Shown here: positions 22,646 through 34,790 of the stretch, piece after piece
Layout: every line of letters begins with the position of its first letter
How positions within the stretch are numbered: position 1 is the first letter of the stretch
Source of the DNA: Mobula hypostoma
Taxonomy: Eukaryota
DNA length: 64,000 nt
Assembly: GCF_963921235.1 (NCBI RefSeq)
Contig: NC_086106.1
Location: 23,684,001-23,748,000, forward strand
Direction: 5' to 3'
Notes under the pieces: generated by a model
The model's database searches: none
What the model was told of the DNA's origin: nothing
The model's input: only the letters and a program-made list of their open reading frames with translations
Made by a program: the position numbers and the translations under genes

Positions 22646-24050
22646 AACACACATAAATGGTGCTAGTGAACGCAGCAGGACAGGCAGTATCTGCAGGAAG
22701 ATGTAGAGTTACTTTAGGGCCGAGACATTTCGTCACGACTAACTTGAAAGAAGAGCTTTGATAGTGGAAGAGGGAGGGGAGGTCTGATTGATTGGAGAAG
22801 TCAGGAAGGAGAGGGGTGGAACAGGGAGCTGGAAAGTTGATTGAAAAAAGGGATATGACAGTGTCATGGGACGGGAGGCCGAAGGGGAAAGAAAAGGGAG
22901 ACGGGGGAAGACCAGAGGATGGGCAAGGGGCATACTGAGAGGGACAGATGGAGAAAAAGGAGAAAGAGAGAAAGAGAGAGCTCNNNNNNNNNNNNNNNNN
23001 NNNNNNNNNNNNNNNNNNNNNNNNNNNNNNNNNNNNNNNNNNNNNNNNNNNNNNNNNNNNNNNNNNNNNNNNNNNNNNNNNNNNNNNNNNNNNNNNNNNN
23101 NNNNNNNNNNNNNNNNNNNNNNNNNNNNNNNNNNNNNNNNNNNNNNNNNNNNNNNNNNNNNNNNNNNNNNNNNNGGGCAGAGCATAGGTGTTCAGCGAAG
23201 CCGTTCCCCAGCCTACGTTGTGTCTCCCCAACATATAAAAGACCGCATCGGGAGCAGCGAACGCAGTATATCACACCAGCCGACTAACAGGTGAAGTGTC
23301 ACCTCACCTGGAAGGATTGCCTGGGGCTCTGAATGCTGGTGAGGGAGGAAATATAAGGGCATGTGTAGCACTTGTTCCGCTTACAAGGATAAGTGCCAGG
23401 AGGGAGACCGGTGGGGAGGGATGGGGGTGGGGGACGAATGGACAAGGGAATCGCGTAGGGAGCGATCCCTACGGAAAGCAGAGAGAGGGAAAAGGAAAGA
23501 TGTGGTTAGTGGTGGAGTTCCGTTGGAGGTGGCGGAAGTTACCGAGAATTATATGTTGGACCCGGAGGCTAGTAAGGTGGTAGGTGAGGACAAGCGGAAC
23601 CATATTCCCAGTGGAGTGGTGGGAATGAGGTGAGAGAAGATGTGCGTGAAATGGCAGAGATGCGTTTGAGAGAAGAACTGATGGTGCAGGAAGGGAAGCC
23701 CCTGTTTTTTTTTTTTTTTTTTTGGAGGACATCTTTTCCGTCCTGGAATGAAAAGCCTTATGCTGAGAGCAGATGCAGCGGAGACGGAGGAACTGCAAGA
23801 AGGGGATGGAATTTTTACAAGAGACAGGGTGAGAAGAGGAATAGTCCTGATAACTGTGAGACTCCGTAAGTTTATAGTGGACAGCAGTAGATAAGCTGTC
23901 TCCAGAGACATAGACAGAAAGATCCAGAAGGGGGAGGTAGGAGTCGGAAATGGACCAGGTAAACTTGAGGGCAGGGTGAAAGTAGAAGGCAAAGTTAATA
24001 AAGTCAACGAGCTCAGCATGCGTGCAGGAAGCAGTGCCAATGCAGTCTTT
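22646..24050 (-). mobile_element. Penelope-like retroelement (RT C-terminus + GIY-YIG endonuclease), broken by an N-gap
   Basis: Minus translation gives IYCVRCSRCGLLYVGETQRRLGNGFAEHL (GIY-YIG) and QFLRLRCICSQHKAFHSRT plus FINFA.YFHPALKFTW (PLE RT/thumb). The terminal segment is at 22646-22745. Confidence 0.85.
22984..23174. other. Assembly gap (N-run)
   Basis: Run of N next to a purine-rich tract. Confidence 0.99.
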
Positions 24051-24229
24051 CCAGATAGCTGTGAGAGCCCGTATGTTCTATGTACTAATACTGCTGGAAA
24101 TTCAAAGTGTAATTCAGATTAAAGTTGTTTATATGTAATTTTCGGGAAATATGGCTGAGCACCATTGGAAATGCATACATTGGATATAAGCAGTAAAAGT
24201 ATTATATCTCGATAGAGTTATATTTACGT

Positions 24230-24900
24230 AAGTCCATGAGATATAGGGGCAGAATTAAGTGACTTCGCGTTTCGAAACTAATCCGTCATACCACAATGGC
24301 TCATTTATAATTCTCTCAGCTCGTTCTGCTGCCAACTCCAGGTAAACATTGTTGGTCTTAATAATTAATAACCTATGAACCTTTGCTTAAATAATGTATG
24401 CACAAGGACTTGGCCTCAGAGCCGCGCATGGCAACGAATTCCACAGGTTGATCACCATGCAGCTAAAGAAGTACCATCTAATATCTGTTCTATAAGGACG
24501 TTCTTCTATCCTGAGACTGTGCCCACGATATTGAAACATCCTTCTACACCTACTCTCTCTGTGCTATTGAATTAGATATATTTCCACGGTACCCCGTCTA
24601 TTTCTGCTGCTCCAGCGATTCAGATCTAGATCCTTCTAAAGCTGCTCGTAAGGTAACTGACACATTGCAGGAATCACACTCCTGTACATTTTCTCGAATT
24701 TCTCCAATTCCAGCTCATTCACGATCTGATAAAAGATCTAAAACTGTAGGTACAGTCTGACTGAAGCCTTATAAATTACCGTCCTTCCGAAATGAATGCT
24801 AACATAATATTCATTTTCCCTAAAACAAACTCAATCCTTTTGCTTTCTCTCTGTAGTATAACCAGAACCTGTTCACATTTCTACAGACACAGCAAAGAGT
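24230..24900 (-). mobile_element. Decayed CR1 3' fragment
   Basis: ccatgagatataggggcagaatta.. and ttccacaggttgatcacc..aagaa match the CR1 3' end in reverse orientation. Confidence 0.55.
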
Positions 24901-25769
24901 GTTTGGAGTGATGACATCACCAACTGGTAGGGAGGTACCAATTTACAGGATGCGAAAAAGATGGAGAGAGCTGTTCACATAGGCAACTGCATCGCGGATA
25001 TGGCGGGGGCAGTTAATCGTGTTATTTCTATGCCACTCATTTAGCCACTCCCACATGGGATCTGTTCACATACTGTACAAGCATGTCGGTGAACAAATGT
25101 CATTTGAGTGTGCAATATGCTGGTGACCTGGTGTACATGCAACCACCCCTCACGACAAACACAACATGGTGTTAGAACTGGTTGATCATCGATGCATCAG
25201 AACAAGTGAGATACCCAACGAGGATGTGTAGGTTGTTCCTGTACATCTATTTCTATGAAAAAAACATACAAATAAATCTATGCACAATCAGGCTTCAGCT
25301 GAATAAAGGACAGTTTCGTTTTTAACATTAACGCCTTCAAGTTGCAGCGAAAAGTGGATCATCATTGTTATAATCCGTGCGCACTAGAGTATGGAAGTGC
25401 ACAGAGATACAAACACAGCAGAGAAGTCAGATATATCAGACGAACCGTCAGAAAGAAAAAAAAAGACTTGCAGTCTAAATAAACAAAATAATAAACAACT
25501 AACCAAACAGGAATATTTCGTAGGAAAGCAAAATGTAATATACGAGAAGAGAAACTTCAACTCCAGCAAACATGAACCACATGAGGGTGTAAATCGGTTC
25601 AGTTAAGAACTGTATGTCCTAAGAGACAGCAGTGCATATATAAATCTGGGGGATGAGCTCACTGGAGACAGAAATGTTGTCAGGCTGCTGGGCTCCAACT
25701 TGTCAGAGACACTTATGCTGCAGGTAAAATTTTTACCAGATATTTATATTACTACGGCCAGGCGGAGTG

Positions 25770-26240
25770 CATATTATCGTTAGGAACTCGCAGAACACTG
25801 GCTGGAAAAAAAAAAATACTGAAGTAAAGCTAGAAGCTGCCAAAAAAGGATGAGTCACCAGACACGTGCAGTCAGAATGTCTGCAGAAAGAGATGACAGT
25901 AGAACGCAGCGTAAGAAAGAAAAGTGAATATAAGGGTATTTAAAATTGTCATCAGTAGGAGAACGGGTAATTGTTCATTCTAAGTCAAAAGCTCTGTTCA
26001 GCAAATAAAATGCATCTCCAGCCAAGTCATTGATTTCTCAATTATAGAAGTGAGCGTCACTCAAAAAACAGTTCTTCGGAATGACAACGAAGTCCTTGAT
26101 TCAGACGAAGAGAGAATTTTATTTGAGACTCAGACTCAAAAAGACAACAGTGGTGTACTAGGTTTTGTTGTATAATAAGCCAGTGACGTTCAAAATGGGC
26201 GCTGGGACAGATATCACTTCTATCCCCGACATGTTACTCA
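25770..26240 (+). mobile_element. Ty3/Gypsy gag-protease relic
   Basis: KPVTFKMGAGTDITSIP (~26177-26230) resembles the Gypsy protease motif V.FKIDTGAD.T.IP with the catalytic Asp lost. A degenerate zinc-knuckle-like stretch lies at ~25990-26050. Confidence 0.45.
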
Positions 26241-26284
26241 CAGTGTGGCAAGGAATACAGGTCTGACATTCGGTGTACATGGTC

Positions 26285-27510
26285 CAGTCAGCGGAGACGG
26301 CGTAGTTGGAGCAGGGTGAAAAGGCTGGGTATCTGGGCGCGGGCTAGGACGTCACTGTTCGTGACTCGGTCAGTCCACGTGATGTCCAGGATGCATCTCA
26401 GGCTGCGAAGCTGGAAGGGGTTGAGACGCTGCTCTTGTCTATAGTAGAGGCCCCAGGTCTCGCTGCCGTAAAGCAGTGTGAGGAGGACGCAGGCCCTGTA
26501 AACGGCAACTTTGGTGTGCGTCGTCAGCTTTCTGTTCTCTCAGACTCTCTTTGTCAGCCTGACGAATGTTGAGGCTGCTTCTCCTATCAGTTTGTTGATC
26601 TCGGGGTCCAGGGAGAGGCTGTCCTTGATGGTGGAGCCAAGGCAGGTAAACTCGTGAACGAATTCTAGCTCGTCGTTGTTGATGGTAATGGCAGGGGGGT
26701 GCTCAATGACTTGGCCCAACATGTTGCTGCTCTTCAGGCTGATGATCAAGCTGAAGCCCTAGCAGGCTCTTGGGAAGCTGTCCATGAGGCGTTGCAGTTG
26801 CTCTTCAGAGTTTATTGCCAGTGCCGCGTCGTCTGCAAACAGCATGACCCTGATGAGTACTTCACGAACCTTCGTTTTTGCCCTCCGCCGGGACAGACTG
26901 ATTGGCCTCCGGTCCGATCTGGTGTGGAGGGAGACACCATCAGTTGATGTTCTAAAGGCGTGCTTCAGCATGATTGCCAAGAAGGTGCCAAAAAGCATGG
27001 AGGCAAGCACACAGTCCTGCTTCACACAGCTGCGGATGTTGAAAGCCTACGAAGAAGAGCCGTCGAACTAAACGACGCCCTTCATGTCTGTGTGGAATGA
27101 CTGAACTATCCTGAGGAGCCTCGCAGGGCAACCAGTCCTGTCCAGGATTTTGAGCAGGCTGTCTCTGCTCACAAGGTCGAAAGCCTTCGTAAGGCGAATG
27201 AAAACGACGTAGAGTGGTTGTCTTTGCTCTCTGCATTTCTCTTGTAGCTGTCGAAGGGAGAAGATCATGTCGATTATAGAGCGTTTGACCTGAAACCGCA
27301 CTGAGTGTCGGGATATACCCTTTCGGCTATCTTCTGCAGTCTGTTCAGGACCACGCGGTGAAGACCATCCCAGGGACGCTCAGCAAGGAGATTCCCTTGT
27401 AGTTGTTACAATCGCTTCTGTCGCCTTTGTTCTTATATAGAGTGAAAATGGCGCAGTCTCTTATGTCTTGCAGCACTGCTCCCTCTATCCAGCACTGGCA
27501 CAGTAGTTCG
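26285..27510 (-). mobile_element. RTE (BovB-like) LINE RT fragment
   Basis: Minus ORFs read TLYKNKGDRSDCNNYKGISLLSVPG, DMIFSLRQLQEKCREQRQPLYVVFI.LTKAFDLVSR, MLFADDAALAINSEEQLQRLMD and FTCLGSTIKDSLSLDPEINKLIG. Confidence 0.9.
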
Positions 27511-28121
27511 TGCAGGTGAAATGTAGATAACGGCGGATAACATAGTAAGGACCTATGTTCATTAACCACATCTATGAAATGTAGCTTTGGTTTGCTTCTA
27601 GACTACTACAGTTTATTTACTTTGCCCATTTTGAAACAAATATGAAGACGTTAGGAACTGATTTTATGGGTCGTTATTCTGAGCTCCTGCATATCTGCAG
27701 TAGTGTGGGTCCTATGACAGATCTATATGGCGATTTCCTGCACGTGGTCCGCTTATGCCTACATTCCAAAAATGTACTGATTAGCGTGGGTTGATCATAG
27801 CTATGGTAGGATGTCAGGGGAAAATTGATGGGTCTGGCTAGTGTCTCAGGTTAATTTTCGCTTATTTATTTTGACTCAAGCGATGCAATTCCATGCCTAT
27901 TTCAGTAGATCGATGTATATTGACAAATAATATTGTGTTTATGCATGTGTGTATTTACTTATCAACTAACGGTGCGTCTGCCTATCGAACTGCCTTACGT
28001 ATTTGATCATCTTGTTCAGGTGGAAGATAGCTGCATTCATCAGTGCGAATAGCCCACTGAGAGAACAACTCCTCATAGTTATCACTATTACCGACGCAAG
28101 AAACCATCTCCCTCCATCACG

Positions 28122-28126
<5 letters not shown>

Positions 28127-28166
<40 letters not shown>
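28127..28166. repeat. (CT)n microsatellite
   Basis: Seen directly. Confidence 0.95.
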
Positions 28167-28533
28167 GTCCCACCCCCCCGTGTGTCACACAGCTATTCCT
28201 AATCCGTCTCTTTTAGTCTCTCTGAATCTTCTCAATAAAGCCTTTTCTCTGTAAGTACCTAGTTAACCATTCTACTCGTGCCCCTCGGTTAATAGCAGGT
28301 TCTCGTGGTACATATATATAAGACTGTGACTCGCTTTCCTTGAGGTACATGGACCTTGTCAGCTCTGAGGAAATAGGCGGAGCATGTATCAAGAGTCCAC
28401 GTTCCCATTGAGTGTTTCCTATTTCCTGTCAATCATTTCAAATGCACCACTAAACAGAGAACGAGAACCTTCTGAAGCTTGTCGACAACTTGTTGAGGAG
28501 AAAATTACTCAACCTATCCTTTATAAAAAAAGG

Positions 28534-28986
28534 ATGTGGAGGACCGTCTTCTGGATTCTGTGTGGAGCCTGGTTAACTGGTTTGTGAGCAGCAGAAAATT
28601 TATGAGCTTTCTGGAAACTGGAGTCTGATTAAAAAAAAACGTCAACATAACATTTCATTTTTTGCCATTATTTTTCAGATACGGGTCATGGAAACTCTGT
28701 CACTCAGACACTGCCACTAGCAGTGAAGACAAGCGAAGGATCTGTGACGTTGAGCTGCACCTATGATACTACACAGAGAAACTATTTTTTATATTGGTAC
28801 CGACAAAGCCCAGAGCAAAGTCTCGAGTACATACTGTACAAGCATTCTGGTAGATCTGAAGATAAAGCCGATTTTGCCAAAAAGCGCTTCATGGTCTATC
28901 TGGAAGAGACAAAAAAAAATCATTCATGTCACCATCTCAGATCTGCAAATAGGCGACTCTGCAGTTTATTACTGCGCCCTAAGCCG
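28534..28986 (+). pseudogene. TRAV: TCR alpha/delta V segment V3, second family; +1 frameshift in an A9 run (pseudogene or sequence error)
   Basis: Leader 28534-28579 MWRTVFWILCGAWLT-G|gtttgt, intron 28580-28678 ending tttttcag|. V exon DTGHGNSVTQTLPLAVKTSEGSVTLSCTYDTTQRNYFLYWYRQSPEQSLEYILYKHSGRSEDKADFAKKRFMVYLEETKK[fs]IIHVTISDLQIGDSAVYYCALSR. Removing one A from 28911-28919 restores the frame. Confidence 0.9.
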
Positions 28987-29025
28987 CACAGTGATGTCTT
29001 TTAGTTAAACGCTAGTACAAAAAAT
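28987..29025 (+). other. 23-RSS of V3
   Basis: Perfect heptamer CACAGTG (28987-28993), 23-bp spacer, ACAAAAAAT (29017-29025). Confidence 0.95.
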
Positions 29026-29180
29026 GACTTACTTTAGAACCCATTCTTTGGGCGCTGCAGCTGGATATATTTGTACCCTTCTTTTCTGATTGTGGTTTCC
29101 CGCCACCAAGAGTACATGTTCACGTTTCCCATGCATTTGTCTGAGAAGATTGATGTATGGTATAACCACACCACACTTTC

Positions 29181-29182
<2 letters not shown>

Positions 29183-29232
<50 letters not shown>
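29183..29232. repeat. (TG)25 microsatellite
   Basis: Seen directly. Confidence 0.97.
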
Positions 29233-29237
<5 letters not shown>

Positions 29238-29530
29238 TGAGAGAGGGATACTGTGTACATGCGTATACTTGTTTGGGAATGTATGGAAATAGAGAGAAGT
29301 CTGATGGAGGTTTTCATTCGGCTGAACTTTCGGTGCACAAATGAGTGTCAGTCTGGGTCTGTTGATCTCCCTCCCTCTTCCATTGTGTCTGTTGATCTAT
29401 CTGTCTCTCACTCTCTTTATCTCTCTCTCTCTCTCCCCCCTCCCCGACATTCTAACTTTCTCCTCTCCCTCTACCAACCAATTAATCTTTATCTCGCTTC
29501 AGCAGCTTCACTATTTTCAGCCGCCGATCT

Positions 29531-29676
29531 NNNNNNNNNNNNNNNNNNNNNNNNNNNNNNNNNNNNNNNNNNNNNNNNNNNNNNNNNNNNNNNNNNNNNN
29601 NNNNNNNNNNNNNNNNNNNNNNNNNNNNNNNNNNNNNNNNNNNNNNNNNNNNNNNNNNNNNNNNNNNNNNNNNNNN
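29531..29676. other. Assembly gap (N-run)
   Basis: Run of N after a CT-rich tract. Confidence 0.99.
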
Positions 29677-30299
29677 GATAGACTTCAGATGTGGACATAG
29701 TTAACGAACTCTGTACATCGGTAAAGACAACAATTTTAAGGCGAGTTCCAAAGCGTGGCGGCAATTGAGTGGTGGCTCCATTCTCGTTGGTTTGATTTAA
29801 AATGCATGTAATTTTATGTTTCGCCTATTTGTATTCTTTTTCCCGATGTTAGCGGTACATTTGCGGGTACTCTGCTCACCTTACAAACAATCTTGGTATC
29901 CATATGGCTGACGATGAAAATAATTTCAAGGAATGAATCAGAATAACTAACGTCAGAAAAAAACAACAGCAGGTGCTATTTCCTTGTCTTTTCTCTCAGC
30001 CATGGAACATCAACATGAATTCAACATAATCATTCTCGAAACCGTAATCCATTAGCTAGGCCTAAATGTACAATTGCATTGTCCATTTCCTTAGAAAAAA
30101 AACAATAAGTTCCGACCAGCCACAGTGTCACCAAAGTGCCACCTGGTCATTCCCCTGCTGTTCTTATTTTATATTTATGACTGTGAAGGTGACCACGACA
30201 ACGATATCATATTCAAGTTTGCCTGACGATAGCAAGCTGTTTGTCAAAACAAAGGTGGTTATGAAGGAGTAAATAGGAGAGAGATTGAAATTCTTGGTG

Positions 30300-30800
30300 G
30301 ATGCTGTCTCAAACGCAACCTCTCTCTCAACGTCAGGAACAAGATAAATCTGATTATTGACTGCAGAGATTTTTTTTCGCAACAAGAAGATGACACGTGA
30401 TGTCCATGATACACTCCTCATTGGCGTACTAAAGGGTGGGACGGACAACAACGGTAAATTCTTCTGTTTTACGTTGCACAGATCCATGCTGCAGATTTTA
30501 CTAACGTTTGTATCATGGCCTAGTATGGATTGACCAATGTCCGTGAATGGAATTATCTTCCGAATTTGTAGACAAGAAAGTCCTTCCCATCGTTGTGCAC
30601 ATGCGCAATCAGCCCTGTCACTGCATAGAAACATGCGTCATCAAGAATCCCCACCATCTAAACCACGTCTTCTCCTTGCTTCTGCTGTTAGTAAGGATGT
30701 GTAGAAGGATGTTAGTTCTCATTCTACCAGTTTCGAGAATAGCTATTACCCAGCAACCAGCAGGCTACTGTATCAGGCTTCGATCACTTAACAAAGATTT
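30300..30800 (+). mobile_element. Decayed Rex/Babar-type LINE RT fragment
   Basis: aacctctctctcaacgtcaggaac..gattattgactgcag matches the NL.LNV.KTKELIIDFR region, the same family as 43246-43734. Confidence 0.5.
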
Positions 30801-31829
30801 CACCAATGCCATCTCCTCGATTTGAAGATCTCTAAAAACTCCATAGTCACAATATAACTTATTAGGTGTTTCTCAATTAATGTTCTGTGTTACGTTATAC
30901 ATTTACACAATTTATTGTCTTTGTTCATTGCTTGTATACGTCTTTGCTTTGAAGTAATTTCTTAATGCCTCCATTGTGATACTTTGTAGTTATTGGAAAA
31001 GCTCGCAAGATAGCACATTTCAAGGTAATATATGGCGAAAATGTTTACCTTGATAAAGATTTTCGTAGAACTTTCAACTTTAAGTCAGAAGCTATTCCCT
31101 GTTGCTGTGGCTTTAAAAAAAATCTGTTCCTAGTACGTCTGACAGAATACAATAAAGATTCTCCAATGATCCTAATTTAATTCGTGTTTTTTTTTTCTGT
31201 TCTATTGATCGAAGTACATCCATCAAGGGATCGATTTATGACATTCCTCAGCACTTGGGAGGCAGTAATTTATATCACTTTGAGCGCCGTGCAATCGTTA
31301 ATCTTTTTTGGTTCTACCACTGTTGGATCATGGCCCCGTGAAATATAAACCAGGTACAATAGAAAGGTAACTTTGAACTAAGTTCTCCGTATTGGGATAA
31401 CACAAAAAAAGAAATAATAATCAAAGGTTTAAAACATTTGAAGGGCACATTTAATGTCAGAGGAATATCAAAAATATATATCCTGAGAGTATTTTTATTT
31501 GCAATTTCCCACGAAGACTTAGGAGTGCGCCATAGAGGAATGACAGTTATATTGTCAGAATCCTAAAGACCCGACACCAGCTAACCACTTCCGCGGGACA
31601 GGACGGACAATATAATCATTGAGACTCATTATTATCAGATCCGAAATGTGCCAGCAAAGGTAACTCTATCATTATACAGAATTGATACATAATACACTGA
31701 GAATGCTGAAAACATGTTGCTAACGAAATAGAAGTATAGAAACAAACAAACTAAAACAACAACAACAACAACAAACAGAAACCGTCGGCTCAAAAAATTG
31801 TGCCGGACATGTCCTTGCCTCAGAACCAC

Positions 31830-33900
31830 CTAGGCTTACCCATATTTTCCTCTATTTTCCTAAAGTCCATGTATCCATCTGGGAGTCTCTGAAAAGAGCT
31901 TATCGTTTCTGTTTCCATTACCGCCGCCGGCAGACCATGCCCCGCATTACCACTCTCTGCGTTAAAAAAATTAAAAAAATTAAAAAAAATCACTGACATT
32001 TCCCCTGCACCTTAAAACAACGCCCTCTCTTTCCCGCCATTTCAACCCTGGGAAAAGCCTCTGACTCTCTAGACGATCAATGCCTAGCATCATCTTGTAC
32101 ACTTCTATCAAGTCACCGCTCATCCTCCGTCGCTCCTAGGAGAAAATGTTATTCGACCTATTCTCATAAGGCATGCTTCCCAATCCAGGCAACATCCTTG
32201 TAAATATCCTCTGCACCTTTTCTATAGTTTCCATGTGCTTCCTGTAGTGAGCCGAAAGGAACTGAGCATAGTACACCGAATGAGGTATGACCGGAACCAA
32301 ATATAGCTGCAAAATTACCTCTCAGCTCCTCAACACAATCCCATGATGATGTTGGTCAGTGCTCCCTATGCATTCTTAACCACAGAGTCAACATGCGTTG
32401 CAGCATTGCGTGTCTCATGGACTCGGACCCCAGGATGCCGCTGGTCCTTCATGCTGCCAAGAGTCTCGCCATTCCGTTATATTTTGCCATCATTAGTGAC
32501 CTACCGAACTTAACCCCCTCACTGATCAGGGTAGAAATCCATCTGCCACCTCGCATCCCAGTTTTGTAGTCCTATCAATGTCGCGCTGTAACTTTTGACA
32601 GTCCACACTATCCACAAATCTCCAACCTTTGAGTCATCAGAAAATTTACTAACCTATCCCTGCACTTTGTTATCCAGGCTATTTATTAAAAAAAAACAAA
32701 CAAAAATATTATATATATATACAACAGTTGGGATCCCAGAACAGATCCCTAAGGCACAACAGTGGTCACCAGCCTCCATGTGGAATATGACCAGTCGACA
32801 AACTCTCTTTGCCTTATGTGGGCAAGCCAGTTCTGAATCCACAAAGCAAAACCCCCCTTTCTCAATAAGCCTTGCATGTGGTATCTTGTCAAAGTCATCG
32901 CTAAAATCCATATACACTACATCTACGGTTCTACCCTCATCAATATGTAATATTACATCCTCACAAAATTCAATCAGTCTCGATAGGCACGACCTGACTT
33001 TGACAACACCACGCTAACTATTCCTAAACATAGTATACCTCTCTAAATGTTCATAAATCCTCTCTGTCAGGATCTTCTGCGTCAACCACGAACGACTGAA
33101 GTAAGACTCACTGGTCTATAATTTCCTGGGCTATCCCTACTCTGTTTCTTGAATAACGGAATAATATTCACAACCCTACACTCTTCCGGTGTCTCGCCCG
33201 TCCAGATTGATGATGCAAAGATCACCCCAGAAGCCCAGCAGTCTCCTTCCTCGCCTCTCACACTAGCCTGGGGTACATTGCGTCCAGTAACCGTGAGTTA
33301 TCCAGCTTGATATTTTCCAAAAGCCCCAGCATATCCGCTTACTTAATGTCTTCATGCTGCAAGTCATTCCTGCAATCACCAAGATCTTTTTCCATAGTGA
33401 AAACTGAAGCAAAGTATTAATTAAATACTTCTGCCATCTCCTCCGGTTGCATATAAATTTTCCACTATCACATTTGTTTGATCCTATTCTCTCACATATT
33501 ATCCTCTTGCCTTTCACGGACTTGTCGATGGCCTTGGGGTTTCCCTGAATCTTGTCGCTAAAGCCTTTTCATGACCCCTTCTGGCTTTCCTAACTGCATT
33601 CTGAAGCTCCTTCCTGCTAGCGTTATAATCTTCTCGATCTCCTATATAACCTAGTATTTTGAAACTTCTATATTCTTCTTGACGAGATTTACAACAGCAT
33701 TTGTGCACCACGGTTCCTGTACCCTAGCGTCCTTCCCCTGTCTCATTGGAATGTGTCTACGCAGTTCCACACTAAAATAACCGTTGAACATTTGCCACAT
33801 TGCTTCCGTACGTTATCGTGAGAACATCTGTTTCCAATTTCTGGTTCCAATTTCCTGACTGATAGTCTCATACTTCCCCTTATTCCAGTTAAACGGTTCC
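31830..33900 (-). mobile_element. Decayed CR1 ORF2
   Basis: Minus fragments MYMDFSDDFDKIPHARLI and NAVRKARRGHEKALATRFRETP, with a CR1-type 3' region near 31830-32000. Confidence 0.75.
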
Positions 33901-34701
33901 ATAATCCAGTCGTATATAGTTTAGTTTATTTCAGTGCCATATCGATTGCCCAGTGCAGGCATTTTTCGCTGAAACACCACAGTCAACAGCGATCGCACCG
34001 ATCACATCGCGTAAAAAAGGGCAAAAATAAAGAACAACCACAATCAACAAATACATGCACCATTAATCGACGTCCCTTAAAACGATTCCACCGATTACCG
34101 TTCACTCCAAGCCTAATTCATTTTCCTCCGACAGTAGGCACCTAGAGAGACAGTAAGACCAGCATAACATCGAAAGTCGGCTGGGAATACTCGACCAACT
34201 CTGCTGTACTCGTGCTGTCCTCGTCGAACTCAATCATGCTCTACGCCTCAGTCGGAGCGGAGTTCCGGCCATGAGGCTGTATACTTTACATCAAATTTCA
34301 CTGTATGCCCTCGTAGATAATAAGGTGCCCTATTGCCCAATCACTCCAAAAAACAAGCATACACACACCTCAAAAAGTAACTCGCAGATTCGATTTGCAT
34401 GTTTTCTAGTAGTATAATCTTTTGTAAATGAATGAGTGAAATAAACAAAATAAGTAGTTGTTTGATTTGACTTTAGAACGATGCCACTGGTCGCGTTGTT
34501 CACTGGCACATTCAAGACTCCGGTAACTTTTTCTAATTATAATCAACAAGCCGCGGATAGGTTCCGTGAAGAAACATGGGGATACAAGTCTCAAACAGAG
34601 CCGTGCTTTTCTGCACTACGCTATCACAATTAATCGGGAAGCAAGTTGTGAACCCCTTCTGCAGCTGCAGCGAGAGACCTCAAGAGAAAATCGTGCCTGC
34701 G

Positions 34702-34732
34702 CTCTCTCTCTCTCTCTCTCTCTGTCTCTCAA

Positions 34733-34788
<56 letters not shown>
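34702..34788. repeat. Compound (CT)n(CA)n microsatellite
   Basis: Seen directly. Confidence 0.97.

Positions 34789-34790
<2 letters not shown>

Noticed and set aside
22635-23294. ORFs spanning N-runs (also 29253-29764)
   Set aside because: Artefacts of translating through assembly gaps.
26040-26245. Acceptor + SVTQ and a perfect CACAGTG at 26239 suggesting a V segment
   Set aside because: It is too short, has no nonamer at 12 or 23 bp, and the region is better explained as a Gypsy protease relic.
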